From Bacteroidales bacterium UBA4181 (lineage in GTDB: Bacteria; Bacteroidota; Bacteroidia; Bacteroidales; UBA4181), in NCBI GenBank assembly GCA_002380425.1, contig DFUR01000048.1:2890-66889 (forward strand): DNA of 64,000 nt, in the 5' to 3' direction. Shown in pieces: positions 20,495 to 29,580 of this stretch. Both the position numbers and the translations under genes were made by a program. The notes below the pieces were generated by a model. It worked only from the letters and a program-made list of their open reading frames with translations. It made no database searches and had not been told where the DNA came from. Numbering within the stretch: position 1 is the stretch's first letter; each line of letters starts with the position of its first letter.

Positions 20495-21612
20495 GACTGT
20501 GCGTTACTGGTGGCCAGGATTTGTCCGTCGCTTGATATGTCGAAGATCCGGTGTTCGCACGGAATCTGATGCAAGATTTGCATCATTTGCTGTGGCTCTG
20601 TATGGGTAATGAATATTTGCCCGAAGTTCTGGTCGGAGACCAGGGCGATAATCCGCTGAACCCTGAAGGAGTCAAACTTGTCAAAGATATCGTCCAAAAG
20701 CAGAATCGGCCGTAGCTGACTGTGGTGGCAGATGAATTCAAAGTTAGCAAGTTTCAGCGCCAGAAGATAGGTTTTTTGCTGGCCCTGAGAGCCGCAACGG
20801 CGTATGGGATTTCCGTTCATGATGAGTTGCAGATCATCACGGTGAATCCCCGATGTAGTGTATTGAACGGCTCTGTCCTTATCTGCCGAGGTGCGCAGGA
20901 GGTCGGCAAAATCCTGCTCGTTGAGTTGGGACTGGTATGCCAGGTCCACCTTCTCGGAGCCTTCGGAGATGAGATCGTAATATTTTTGAAAGATAGGTAT
21001 CAGTTCGGTGCAGAAACGGGTGCGGACTTGATGGATACCGTTGCCCAGATGGACAAGTTGCTGGTTCCAGGCCTCCATTGAATCGGCATCATAAGTATTT
21101 CGCTCGGAACAAATCTTCAGTAGGGCATTTCTTTGCTGCAGAACCCGGTTGTATTGAACCAGGTGGTTGAGGTAGGTGTGGTCATACTGGGAGATCACTT
21201 CGTTGATGAACCGTCTTCGTTCTTCGCTTCCGTCCTGAATCAGGGTGGTGTCTGAAGGCGAGATCATGATGACGGGTAGGAATCCGATGTGTTCCGAGAA
21301 TCGTTCGTATTCCTTTCGGTTGCGTTTGAGGATTTTTTTTTGTCCCCTTTTCACTCCGCAATAGATATTCTCGGGCATCTCCTTGCGGAGATAATCGCCC
21401 TGAATCATGAAGAAGTCCTCACCGTACCTGATGTTCTGGGTATCAGCAGTGTTGAAATAACTCTTGCAGAGCGACAGATAATGAATGGCATCCAGAATGT
21501 TGGTTTTACCCACTCCGTTTCTCCCGACCAGACAGTTGATCTTGGGGCTGAATTCCATCCCGGCTTGCTCGTAATTCTTAAAATTAACCAGAGAGAGGCG
21601 TTCCAGATACAT
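20491..21612 (-). CDS. recF: DNA replication and repair protein RecF
   Basis: MYLERLSLVNFKNY...GRNGVGKTNILDAIHYL, signature-like SQGQQKT and LLLDDIFDKFD. Confidence 0.95.
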   Translation of the reverse strand: MYLERLSLVNFKNYEQAGMEFSPKINCLVGRNGVGKTNILDAIHYLSLCKSYFNTADTQNIRYGEDFFMIQGDYLRKEMPENIYCGVKRGQKKILKRNRKEYERFSEHIGFLPVIMISPSDTTLIQDGSEERRRFINEVISQYDHTYLNHLVQYNRVLQQRNALLKICSERNTYDADSMEAWNQQLVHLGNGIHQVRTRFCTELIPIFQKYYDLISEGSEKVDLAYQSQLNEQDFADLLRTSADKDRAVQYTTSGIHRDDLQLIMNGNPIRRCGSQGQQKTYLLALKLANFEFICHHSQLRPILLLDDIFDKFDSFRVQRIIALVSDQNFGQIFITHTEPQQMMQILHQIPCEHRIFDISSDGQILATSNAQS

Positions 21613-21643
21613 GGGGGTATTTCCAGGTTTGACGTAAAGTTAA

Positions 21644-21667
21644 TAAAAAACCCCGACAGCGCCGGGG
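21644..21667 (-). terminator. Rho-independent terminator after ilvC
   Basis: The minus strand reads CCCCG-gcgctgt-CGGGG followed by TTTTTTATT, 39 nt after the ilvC stop. Confidence 0.7.
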
Positions 21668-21705
21668 TTTTCTGATATTCCGTTCCCTGACCAGCAGGGT
21701 AGGGG

Positions 21706-22755
21706 CTATTTGAGTTTGGGACGAAGCTGCCGCACCGTTGCTCCGGCGCTCCACAACTCGCTTTCGCGCAGTTCCTTGAGCTCTTTGCCCAGAAGTTCCT
21801 TGTAGTTGGCTCCTCCGGTTGACTCCAGAACCCTCTGGCATTCCCGTCCATCTTTTACCCGGGCATACAGATCCTCGAACACCGGCATGACGGCATCGCG
21901 GAATCTGGGCCTCCAGTCAAGCGCACCTCGCTGAGCAGTGGCGGAGCAGTTGGAATACATCCAGTCCATCCCGTTTTCGTCCACAAGACGAATCAGACTC
22001 TGGGTGAGTTCTTCAACCGTTTCATTGAAGGCTTCGCTGGGAGTGTGTCCATTGTCACGCAGCACTTTGTATTGTGCATCCATGATTCCGGCCAAAGCAC
22101 CCATAAGCACGCCCCGTTCTCCGGTGAGGTCGCTGTACACTTCCTGTTCGAAGGAGGTGGGGAAGAGATATCCCGAGCCAATAGCAATCCCCAAAGCCAA
22201 AGTCCGTTCGGTAGCCCGTCCGGTGAAGTCCTGGAAAACAGCGTAGCTGGAGTTGATCCCTGCGCCTGCCAGGAAGTTTCTGCGAACGCTGGTTCCTGAG
22301 CCCTTGGGCGCTACCAGAATCACATCCACATCAGCGGGAGGAATAACCCCTGTGTGGTCCTTGTAGGTGATGGAGAAACCATGGGAGAAATAGAGGGCAT
22401 CGCCCGGTTTGAGGCAGGGTTTGAGAACCGGCCAGATGGCGCGCTGGGCGGCATCAGAAACCAGATACTGGATGATGGTGGCTTTTTGAGCTGCTTCCTC
22501 AATAGAGAAAAGCGTTTTTCCGGGAATCCAGCCGTCAGCTACAGCACGGTCCCAGTCGGCCTTGAATTCCGGGGCCTGACCAATAATTACCTGAACGCCG
22601 TTGTCACGCATATTCAAAGACTGGGCAGGGCCCTGTACTCCGTAGCCGATAACTGCGATGGTTTCGTTCTTGAGGATTTCCCTGGCCTTGCTGAGGGGAA
22701 ATTCTTCGCGGGTTACCACATCTTCCAGAACTCCGCCAAAATTGATTTTTGCCAT
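21706..22755 (-). CDS. ilvC: Ketol-acid reductoisomerase
   Basis: MAKINFGG...IGYGVQGPAQSLNMRDNG Rossmann motif. The start is trimmed to the ATG at 22755. Confidence 0.95.
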   Translation of the reverse strand: MAKINFGGVLEDVVTREEFPLSKAREILKNETIAVIGYGVQGPAQSLNMRDNGVQVIIGQAPEFKADWDRAVADGWIPGKTLFSIEEAAQKATIIQYLVSDAAQRAIWPVLKPCLKPGDALYFSHGFSITYKDHTGVIPPADVDVILVAPKGSGTSVRRNFLAGAGINSSYAVFQDFTGRATERTLALGIAIGSGYLFPTSFEQEVYSDLTGERGVLMGALAGIMDAQYKVLRDNGHTPSEAFNETVEELTQSLIRLVDENGMDWMYSNCSATAQRGALDWRPRFRDAVMPVFEDLYARVKDGRECQRVLESTGGANYKELLGKELKELRESELWSAGATVRQLRPKLK

Positions 22756-22858
22756 TTTCTTGATTTTAGGTTGATTGAACTTAGGCTGAAGCAAAACTTC
22801 GGCCCAAAATTAGAGAAAATTATTTATATGTATGCAGCCTGCTGATATTGAAATTGGT

Positions 22859-23407
22859 TTACCGGCATTCCTGCTTGTTCCGGGTCATACGGTCGATCTC
22901 ATCCAGATAGTCGTTGAGGCGTTCCCGAATCTCCTTCGTGACGGCAATCCGGCCCGAACGGGTGAACTGGCTAACCTTGAAAGGCTCCAGCACTTCGAAC
23001 AGTTCCGTGGTGTCAGCCTTGTGTCCGGTTTTTTCAATGATGGCGAAATCCGGGGTGATTTCCAGTACCCGGGCACCGTACTTCCGCATGATGGGTTCCA
23101 CGTCGTGCAGCATGAATTCCTTGGTGGAAACCTTGTATAAGGCGATTTCCTGACTGACAATCTCATCGTTGACGTGATAGAAGCATTTGAGGACCTCAAC
23201 CTGTTTCTCGATTTGTTTGACCACTTTCTGCACCTGTTCCCGGGTAGAATTCACCACAATGGTGAATTTATGAATTCCCCGGATGGCTGAAGCCGAAACG
23301 GTAAGACTCTCAATATTGAGCCTGCGACGGGTGAAGATAATGGTGATGCGGTTGAGCAGCCCGATGCTGTTCTCTGAAAAGGCGGTGATGGTATATTCCT
23401 GTTCCAT
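22859..23407 (-). CDS. ilvN: Acetolactate synthase small (regulatory, ACT-domain) subunit
   Basis: ITAFSENSIGLLNRITIIFTRRRLNIESLTVS is an ACT domain. Confidence 0.9.
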   Translation of the reverse strand: MEQEYTITAFSENSIGLLNRITIIFTRRRLNIESLTVSASAIRGIHKFTIVVNSTREQVQKVVKQIEKQVEVLKCFYHVNDEIVSQEIALYKVSTKEFMLHDVEPIMRKYGARVLEITPDFAIIEKTGHKADTTELFEVLEPFKVSQFTRSGRIAVTKEIRERLNDYLDEIDRMTRNKQECR

Positions 23408-23419
23408 AACTGTAAGGTG

Positions 23420-25129
23420 CTAATCGGTAAAAAGAATGTCATTCACTTTGGTGCCGGCGGGAATCATGGGAAACACATTCCCTTCCTGCTCTACATTCAC
23501 TTCCAGCAGATAGGCTCCCGGGTGGGCAAACATCCGGTCGATGGCCTGGTGGAGTTCCCCGCGTTCCGAAACCCGTTCCCCGGTGATGTCATAACCTTTG
23601 GCGATGGTGATGAAGTCGGGATTGGTCATAGGGGTGCTGGAATACCTCTTGTCGAAGAATAGTTGTTGCCACTGACGCACCATTCCGAGGTAACCATTGT
23701 TGAGCAGCACAATCTTGACGCCCACGCCCCACTGCATGACAGTGCCCAGTTCCTGAATGGTCATCTGGATGCCACCGTCACCAACGTACAAGATCACTTC
23801 GCGGTCAGGGCAGGCGATTTTGGCTCCGATGGCCGAAGGTAGCCCGAAGCCCATAGTTCCCAGACCACCAGAGGTGACAACAGAGCGGGACTGCTCGACT
23901 CTTGCATACCGGGCCGCCACCATCTGGTGCTGGCCCACATCGGTGGCAACAATGGCCTTTCCACCGGTTTTTTCATTGATTATATTCACCACCTCGGCCA
24001 TTGTTATGGCCTTGCCGTCACCGGGATTCATCTCCCGCTCAATCACGCGGGCGAATTCTTCCTCATGCAGAGGCTTAAACTGACTGATCCACTGGTGATG
24101 CAGGTTGGTGCGGATTTTCTCGGTAATCAGGGGTAGGGTCTGCTTGACGTCGCCGGCAACGGGCACATGGGCTTTGATGTTTTTGTCGATTTCAGCCGGG
24201 TCGATCTCCAGATGAATCACTTTAGCCTGACGGGCAAAATGGTTCACATCACTGGTAACCCTATCGTCAAAACGCATTCCGATGGCAATCAATACGTCGG
24301 CTTCGTTGGTCATTTTGTTGGGGGCCAGGTTGCCGTGCATTCCCAGCATTCCCATGTTCAGAGGGTGTCCGGTAGGTAGCGCGGACATGCCTAGGAGGGT
24401 CCATGCCGCAGGAATGCCCGATTTTTCCAGAAAAGCTTTGAGTTCCTGTTCCGCATTGCCCAGAATCACACCCTGTCCAACCAGAGCCAGAGGGCGTTCA
24501 GCCTTGTTGATCAGGTCGGCAGCTTCCTCAATCCGGGATTTCTGGATGTGTGGTGCCGGGATGTAGCTGCGAATAAAATGACAGGGCTTGTACTGAAACT
24601 CCAGTTGGCCGATTTGAGCATTCTTGGCGAAGTCAATCAGCACCGGACCGGGACGGCCGGACCGGGCGATGTAGAATGCCTTGGCCAGCGTGCAGGGGAT
24701 ATCTTCGGCACGGGTAATCTGGATGTTCCATTTTGTGATGGGCATTGAGATGCCTATCACGTCGGTCTCCTGAAAGGCATCGGTGCCCAGGAGGCTTGCA
24801 CCCACCTGTCCGGTAATGCACACCAGGGGGGTTGAATCGATCATGGCATCAGCAATGCCAGTGAGCAGGTTGGTGGCGCCAGGTCCGGAGGTGGCGATGG
24901 CCACGCCCACTCTTCCTGATGCCCGGGCATAGCCCTGGGCCGCGTGCACAGCACCCTGTTCATGACGGGTAAGGATATGCCTGATGCGGTCGCGGTACTT
25001 GTAGAGACTGTCGTACACCGGCATGATGGCGCCCCCGGGATAGCCGAACAGGGTGTCCACTCCTTCGGCGAGCAAACACTCAATAAGGGCGTCGCCTCCG
25101 GAGATACGGGCTTTGGTTGAGTCGGTCAT
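23420..25129 (-). CDS. ilvB: Acetolactate synthase large subunit (ThDP-dependent)
   Basis: [26 protein letters not shown] and the ThDP motif [14 protein letters not shown]...NNG. Confidence 0.95.
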   Translation of the reverse strand: MTDSTKARISGGDALIECLLAEGVDTLFGYPGGAIMPVYDSLYKYRDRIRHILTRHEQGAVHAAQGYARASGRVGVAIATSGPGATNLLTGIADAMIDSTPLVCITGQVGASLLGTDAFQETDVIGISMPITKWNIQITRAEDIPCTLAKAFYIARSGRPGPVLIDFAKNAQIGQLEFQYKPCHFIRSYIPAPHIQKSRIEEAADLINKAERPLALVGQGVILGNAEQELKAFLEKSGIPAAWTLLGMSALPTGHPLNMGMLGMHGNLAPNKMTNEADVLIAIGMRFDDRVTSDVNHFARQAKVIHLEIDPAEIDKNIKAHVPVAGDVKQTLPLITEKIRTNLHHQWISQFKPLHEEEFARVIEREMNPGDGKAITMAEVVNIINEKTGGKAIVATDVGQHQMVAARYARVEQSRSVVTSGGLGTMGFGLPSAIGAKIACPDREVILYVGDGGIQMTIQELGTVMQWGVGVKIVLLNNGYLGMVRQWQQLFFDKRYSSTPMTNPDFITIAKGYDITGERVSERGELHQAIDRMFAHPGAYLLEVNVEQEGNVFPMIPAGTKVNDILFTD

Positions 25130-25146
25130 AGGATAATCATTAAAGG

Positions 25147-26985
25147 TTAAAGAATTCTGATGGCTCCCGTGTCGGCGGAGCTAACCATTTTGGCATAAGT
25201 CTGGAGTGCTTTGGACACTATCCGGTCGCGGTTGCGTGGGGTGAAGGCAAGCTCACCGCGCGCCAGTTCTTCGGCCCGGCGTGACTCCATCTCCTGTTCG
25301 GAAATGCCAGCCTGAATGCTGCGGCCGGGAATATCAATCTCGATCATGTCTCCGGTGCGGATCAGCCCGATCTCTCCTCCGGCGGCTGCTTCGGGAGAAA
25401 CATGGCCAATGGACAATCCTGAGGTTCCTCCTGAGAACCGCCCGTCGGTGAGCAGGGCACAAGCTTCTCCCAGTTTCCGTGATTTGATGTAGGAGGTGGG
25501 ATAGAGCATTTCCTGCATCCCGGGCCCGCCCCGGGGGCCTTCGTAACGAATCACCACAACGTCACCGGCCTGAATGTCCTTCAGGATGCCCTCGCAGGCG
25601 TCTTCCTGAGACTCAAATACAACAGCTTTTCCTTTGAAATGGAAGATTTTCTCGCTCACTCCGGCGGTCTTGACGATGCAGCCGTTACGGGCAATATTTC
25701 CGTACAGCACAGCCAGTCCGCCGTCCGTACTGTAAGCGTGAGCGATATCACGGATACACCCGTTGGCCCGGTCGGTGTCAGGTTGGTCGTAACGGGTGTC
25801 CTGAGAGCCCATCACCAGGTTGAACTTGCCCCCCGGAGCAGCCGTGGCACGTTCCAGCGCTTCTGAGGTAGCAGAGGGACGGACAATGTCGTTCTGCGCA
25901 ATGGCTTCACCTAATGTGAGACCGTCAGCACGGTACACAGAAGTGTCCAGCAACCCACCCCGCTCCAGTGCCCCCAGAATCGAAAGAATGCCTCCGGCGC
26001 GGTTGACATCTTCGATATGGTACTTGAGGGAGTTGGGAGCCACCTTACAGACAACGGGAATCTTTCGGGAGAGCATGTCAATATCCTTCATGGAAAAGTC
26101 CACGCCGGCTTCCTGGGCAATCGCCAGCAGGTGCAGCACGGTGTTGGTGGAACCGCCCATAGCAATATCCAGTGACATGGCGTTCAAAAAGGCTGACTTG
26201 GTCGCAATAGAGCGGGGCAGGACCTTGTTGTTGCCTTCGAAGTAATACTCTCTGGCCATCTCGACAATCCTTCGGGCTGCTTTGCGGAACAGAGAAAGTC
26301 TTTGGGCATGCGTGGCCAGAATCGTTCCGTTTCCGGGGAGTGCCATTCCGAGAGCCTCGTTGAGGCAGTTCATGGAATTGGCGGTGAACATTCCGGAGCA
26401 GGAGCCGCAGGTGGGGCAGGCATTCTGTTCAACCTGATTCAGGGTGCGCTCTTCCACAGAGTCGTCGGCGCCCATCACCATCACATCTACCAGATCGTAC
26501 TTTTTTCCATCGACCTCTCCGGCCTCCATGGGCCCGCCGGAAACAAAGATGGCCGGAATATTCAGGCGCATGGCAGCCATGAGCATGCCCGGGGTGATCT
26601 TGTCGCAGTTGCTGATGCAAATAATCGCATCCACGGTGTGGGCATTGCACATATACTCTACACTGTCGGCAATCAAATCCCTGGAGGGAAGGGAATAGAG
26701 CATCCCTCCGTGTCCCATGGCGATACCATCGTCGATGGCAATGGTATTGAACTCGGCGGCGAAGCAGCCCTCGGCCTCAATAAGTTTTTTGAGCTCCTGT
26801 CCGATATGGTGCAGGTGTACATGCCCGGGGACAAACTGTGTGAATGAGTTCACAATGCCGATGACAGGTTTGCCAAAATGTTCTTCTCTCATGCCGTTGG
26901 CCCTCCAGAGGCTTCTGGCTCCGGCCATTCTTCGGCCTGAGGTGCTGGTGTTGCTTCGAAGTTCAGTTCTCATGGTGTGTTTCAT
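25147..26985 (-). CDS. ilvD: Dihydroxy-acid dehydratase
   Basis: [32 protein letters not shown] and [17 protein letters not shown] Fe-S motifs. The start is placed at the ATG at 26985; the track used TTG at 27000, and an ATG at 26973 is also possible. Confidence 0.93.
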   Translation of the reverse strand: MKHTMRTELRSNTSTSGRRMAGARSLWRANGMREEHFGKPVIGIVNSFTQFVPGHVHLHHIGQELKKLIEAEGCFAAEFNTIAIDDGIAMGHGGMLYSLPSRDLIADSVEYMCNAHTVDAIICISNCDKITPGMLMAAMRLNIPAIFVSGGPMEAGEVDGKKYDLVDVMVMGADDSVEERTLNQVEQNACPTCGSCSGMFTANSMNCLNEALGMALPGNGTILATHAQRLSLFRKAARRIVEMAREYYFEGNNKVLPRSIATKSAFLNAMSLDIAMGGSTNTVLHLLAIAQEAGVDFSMKDIDMLSRKIPVVCKVAPNSLKYHIEDVNRAGGILSILGALERGGLLDTSVYRADGLTLGEAIAQNDIVRPSATSEALERATAAPGGKFNLVMGSQDTRYDQPDTDRANGCIRDIAHAYSTDGGLAVLYGNIARNGCIVKTAGVSEKIFHFKGKAVVFESQEDACEGILKDIQAGDVVVIRYEGPRGGPGMQEMLYPTSYIKSRKLGEACALLTDGRFSGGTSGLSIGHVSPEAAAGGEIGLIRTGDMIEIDIPGRSIQAGISEQEMESRRAEELARGELAFTPRNRDRIVSKALQTYAKMVSSADTGAIRIL

Positions 26986-27002
26986 TATGGATATATTCAA
27001 AC

Positions 27003-27030
27003 AAAAAACCCTCCCCGGAAGTGGGAAGGG
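27003..27030 (-). terminator. Attenuator/terminator hairpin between the ilv leader peptide and ilvD
   Basis: Minus-strand RNA is CCCUUCCC-ACUUCC-GGGGAGGG (8 bp including one G.U) followed by UUUUUUGUUUG. On the plus strand the same stem would carry a C.A mismatch, which supports minus-strand function. Confidence 0.7.
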
Positions 27031-27061
27031 TTTTTAGATTATACTATACAACGCTCCCACA

Positions 27062-27127
27062 TCAGTTTTTGCCGACGACGACGACTACGAGAGCGACGAG
27101 CAGACTTATGTTTTGCGTAAGGTTCAT
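27062..27127 (-). CDS. ilv operon leader peptide (21 aa, MNLTQNISLLVALVVVVVGKN)
   Basis: Hand translation of the minus strand gives ATG at 27127-27125 and TGA at 27064-27062. Eleven of 21 codons are Ile/Leu/Val, including five consecutive Val codons (27088-27074). It lies between a TAnnTTTG box and the terminator hairpin, directly upstream of ilvD. Confidence 0.6.
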   Translation of the reverse strand: MNLTQNISLLVALVVVVVGKN

Positions 27128-27143
27128 AATCATTTATATGCCG

Positions 27144-27151
27144 CAAATATA
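27144..27151 (-). promoter_or_regulatory. Candidate -7 promoter box (TATATTTG) for the ilv leader transcript
   Basis: TAnnTTTG match on the minus strand, 16 nt upstream of the leader ATG. Confidence 0.3.
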
Positions 27152-27172
27152 ACAAAAAAATATTTCACCGGT

Positions 27173-27799
27173 TTATTCCGGGAAAAAATTTGTTTTTGAG
27201 GCAATAAATTCGCATTCCTGAAGTTTGTGGCTTCTGGTCAGATCAATAATCTCCATCTGGACCCGGTAGATGGTGTGTGGGTCTCCCGGGTCGTTTCCGC
27301 CGGACCGTGAAATACTGCCTGTAATGAGGACATCAGCAGAGGCTCCCGTTGCCCAGTGGTGAAGGACCTCTGTCCGGGTGAACTGCTCCTGGCCGGGATA
27401 TCCCCTGCGCAGGGCAGCCCTTGCATCTGCCCCCGGGATCAGGCTTGCCTGCGTCCATCCGGAAAGCAATGATTCCATATCCCGGCAAAAAACTTCCGCG
27501 CTTATTGTTCCGTGGGCCAGGTTGTGCAACGGGGCAATCAGGATGGCAGGCTCCCGGTGGTAGGTTCTGCGAAACTCCCGCACCCATTGGCCCGAAGAAA
27601 TCTGCCGGGCGAGAAAGAGTGCAGCTTGTCGGGAATCAGCATCGTTCCATGGACCCCGAGCCAGAGGAGCCGTATCGGAAATTACGACAGGTCCGGCAGG
27701 CAAATCCGGAATGGATTGTGTTGCAGGCGAAGTCATGCGGCATCCGGGCATGAGAAGCCAGAGCAGCGACAGAAGGGAACAAAGAAAAGCAGTCTTCAT
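27173..27799 (-). CDS. Lipoprotein, possibly LpoB/COG3417-like
   Basis: Lipobox LLMPGC after a signal peptide. The C-terminal layout loosely resembles LpoB. Family assignment is weak. Confidence 0.55.
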   Translation of the reverse strand: MKTAFLCSLLSLLWLLMPGCRMTSPATQSIPDLPAGPVVISDTAPLARGPWNDADSRQAALFLARQISSGQWVREFRRTYHREPAILIAPLHNLAHGTISAEVFCRDMESLLSGWTQASLIPGADARAALRRGYPGQEQFTRTEVLHHWATGASADVLITGSISRSGGNDPGDPHTIYRVQMEIIDLTRSHKLQECEFIASKTNFFPE

Positions 27800-27804
27800 T
27801 GTGA

Positions 27805-29520
27805 TTACCAGTAAAAGCTCGTGGTAAAGGTACTGAGATTATCTTTTGCATCTCTGACCGATAGGTCAATCTGGTGGTTCTGACCGGGCTGAGTCCGTTC
27901 CGGGCGTAGAGTATGTACAAACAGATTGTTTTTGGCATCATAGTCGAACAGCGCCCACTGGCCGTCAATGAGGGCCACGAACGAAGCAATGCCCGACAGG
28001 TCATCGGTGACTGTAATCCGGATGACACCGTCTTCGGGGGAGGTCTCCGCAGAAGGCATAAACAGAGGAGTGATGCTTGGTGGAACGGTGTCGGTGGCAA
28101 TGGCATAGGTGCCGAAGGAAAAGGTGGATCCGGTCACCATGCCGCCCTCCCACGCACCTCCGAGCGCACTCAGGGAGCTCTTGTTTACCATTACCAGCAG
28201 AGCTTTTGTTCTGAGGTGTTCCGGAAGGCTGTCGTCCCGGATGGACAACTGAATCCGCTTGTGTAGCGGAGTGAATTCCGGACCCAGCGTGTGCAGGGCT
28301 GAGCAGGTATTGCCCAGCCCAGGCTGTGTACTGTATTCCGGGGTAAGTGGGGTGTACAGGGCACCGGCAGGAATGGTGGCTTCGAAACCGGAACCGGAGA
28401 TGTTTTTCTCAGCGTCCCAGTCTTCGGGAAGGTTGCTTTTCTGTGAGGATTCTGAAGGACGGTAACGGAGCGTCAGGGATAGCTCGGAAATATTGCCAGA
28501 TGCATCCCCCACCATGATTCGAATAAGGTGCAGACCGGGCTGCACGAATGTCAGGACGCCCCTGTCCTGCTGCTTCAGGATGGTCTCGCTTTTGTTGCCC
28601 GGCTGGACGTAGAGCAGGTGGATAAGGCGGTTCTGGCTGCGGAATGTTGGATAATCAATCATGCTGTTGACATACCGGGTGTTGTCAAAGGAGAACCGAC
28701 TCATTTCCCGAGCATAGATTTCCCGGCCATCAACCAGGAGTTTGAGTGAATAGGGCCCGCAGTAGGCGGTGGAGCCGTCCGATGGGTCATAGGTCTGAAT
28801 TCCCAGCCCGATTTGGCCGGAGATTTCGGGAATGGCCTTTCCGGAAAGCTGGTAGGCTTGTCCTGTCAGCCTTGTAGAAAAGGTGGCCGCCTGAGCTTTG
28901 CCGTCAACTGTGGAGAAGGAATCCAGTGGATACAATGCCAGCAGTCGAATCAGGGGTGGTTCGGAGTCGCCGACACGGAATCCGTGGAGCAAGGGGTTCA
29001 GGATGTGCTGGGTGGCATCATCGCGCACCTCGAAATGCAGATGCGGGCCGGATGAACTGCCCGAATTCCCGGACCAGGCGATGGTGTCTCCAGCTCTGAC
29101 GGGCAGTTCTCCGGCTTTAGGGAATATATCCACCTGGAACTGTTCCTGGGCATATTGGATGGCCTCCACATAGGCGGAGATGGTTGGGTGGAACCGTTCG
29201 AGGTGGGCGCTGACCGTCATCAGTCCGTTTGGGTGGCTGATGTACAGGGCCTTTCCGAATCCTCCGGGCTCTACCTTAATGCGCGCAACGTACCCGTCAG
29301 CAACGGCCCTCACCGGCCAACCTGTTTTTTCCATGGTTCTGAAGTCCAGCCCCGAGTGCAGGTGGTTGGTTCTGGGTTCTCCAAAGGTGCCCGAAAGGGC
29401 GGGGGAAAGCTCCAGAGGAGGGATGAATCCTGGCTGGTCCTGAGCTTTCAGACCTTCTGTTTGCAGCAGCAGGAACAGCAAGAGGATGAGAGAGTGGAAA
29501 CGCATGGGCTTTTGCTGCAA
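27805..29520 (-). CDS. M23 family metallopeptidase (LytM-type) with a long C-terminal extension
   Basis: Signal peptide plus zinc ligand motifs HLHSGLDF and [15 protein letters not shown]. Confidence 0.85.
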   Translation of the reverse strand: MQQKPMRFHSLILLLFLLLQTEGLKAQDQPGFIPPLELSPALSGTFGEPRTNHLHSGLDFRTMEKTGWPVRAVADGYVARIKVEPGGFGKALYISHPNGLMTVSAHLERFHPTISAYVEAIQYAQEQFQVDIFPKAGELPVRAGDTIAWSGNSGSSSGPHLHFEVRDDATQHILNPLLHGFRVGDSEPPLIRLLALYPLDSFSTVDGKAQAATFSTRLTGQAYQLSGKAIPEISGQIGLGIQTYDPSDGSTAYCGPYSLKLLVDGREIYAREMSRFSFDNTRYVNSMIDYPTFRSQNRLIHLLYVQPGNKSETILKQQDRGVLTFVQPGLHLIRIMVGDASGNISELSLTLRYRPSESSQKSNLPEDWDAEKNISGSGFEATIPAGALYTPLTPEYSTQPGLGNTCSALHTLGPEFTPLHKRIQLSIRDDSLPEHLRTKALLVMVNKSSLSALGGAWEGGMVTGSTFSFGTYAIATDTVPPSITPLFMPSAETSPEDGVIRITVTDDLSGIASFVALIDGQWALFDYDAKNNLFVHTLRPERTQPGQNHQIDLSVRDAKDNLSTFTTSFYW

Positions 29521-29548
29521 AAATCGCCAATTTTTTTCGTTTTTCTGC

Positions 29549-29556
29549 TACATTTG
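29549..29556 (+). promoter_or_regulatory. Candidate -7 promoter box (TACATTTG) for glmS
   Basis: TAnnTTTG match 24 nt upstream of the glmS ATG. Confidence 0.4.
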
Positions 29557-29580
29557 CAAACAATCTGTAACTAACCATCT

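Noticed and set aside
27003-27030. The hairpin upstream of ilvD as merely the terminator of the upstream lipoprotein gene
   Set aside because: This is not fully rejected. However, it lies 143 nt past that gene's stop, with a TAnnTTTG box, a BCAA-rich mini-ORF and a complementary antiterminator segment in between. An attenuator explains these together better than a simple terminator does.
29521-29580. Possible glmS ribozyme upstream of glmS
   Set aside because: Only 60 nt separate the divergent M23 gene from glmS. That is too short for the ~170-nt ribozyme, and I see no matching helices. It fits a plain promoter with a TACATTTG box.
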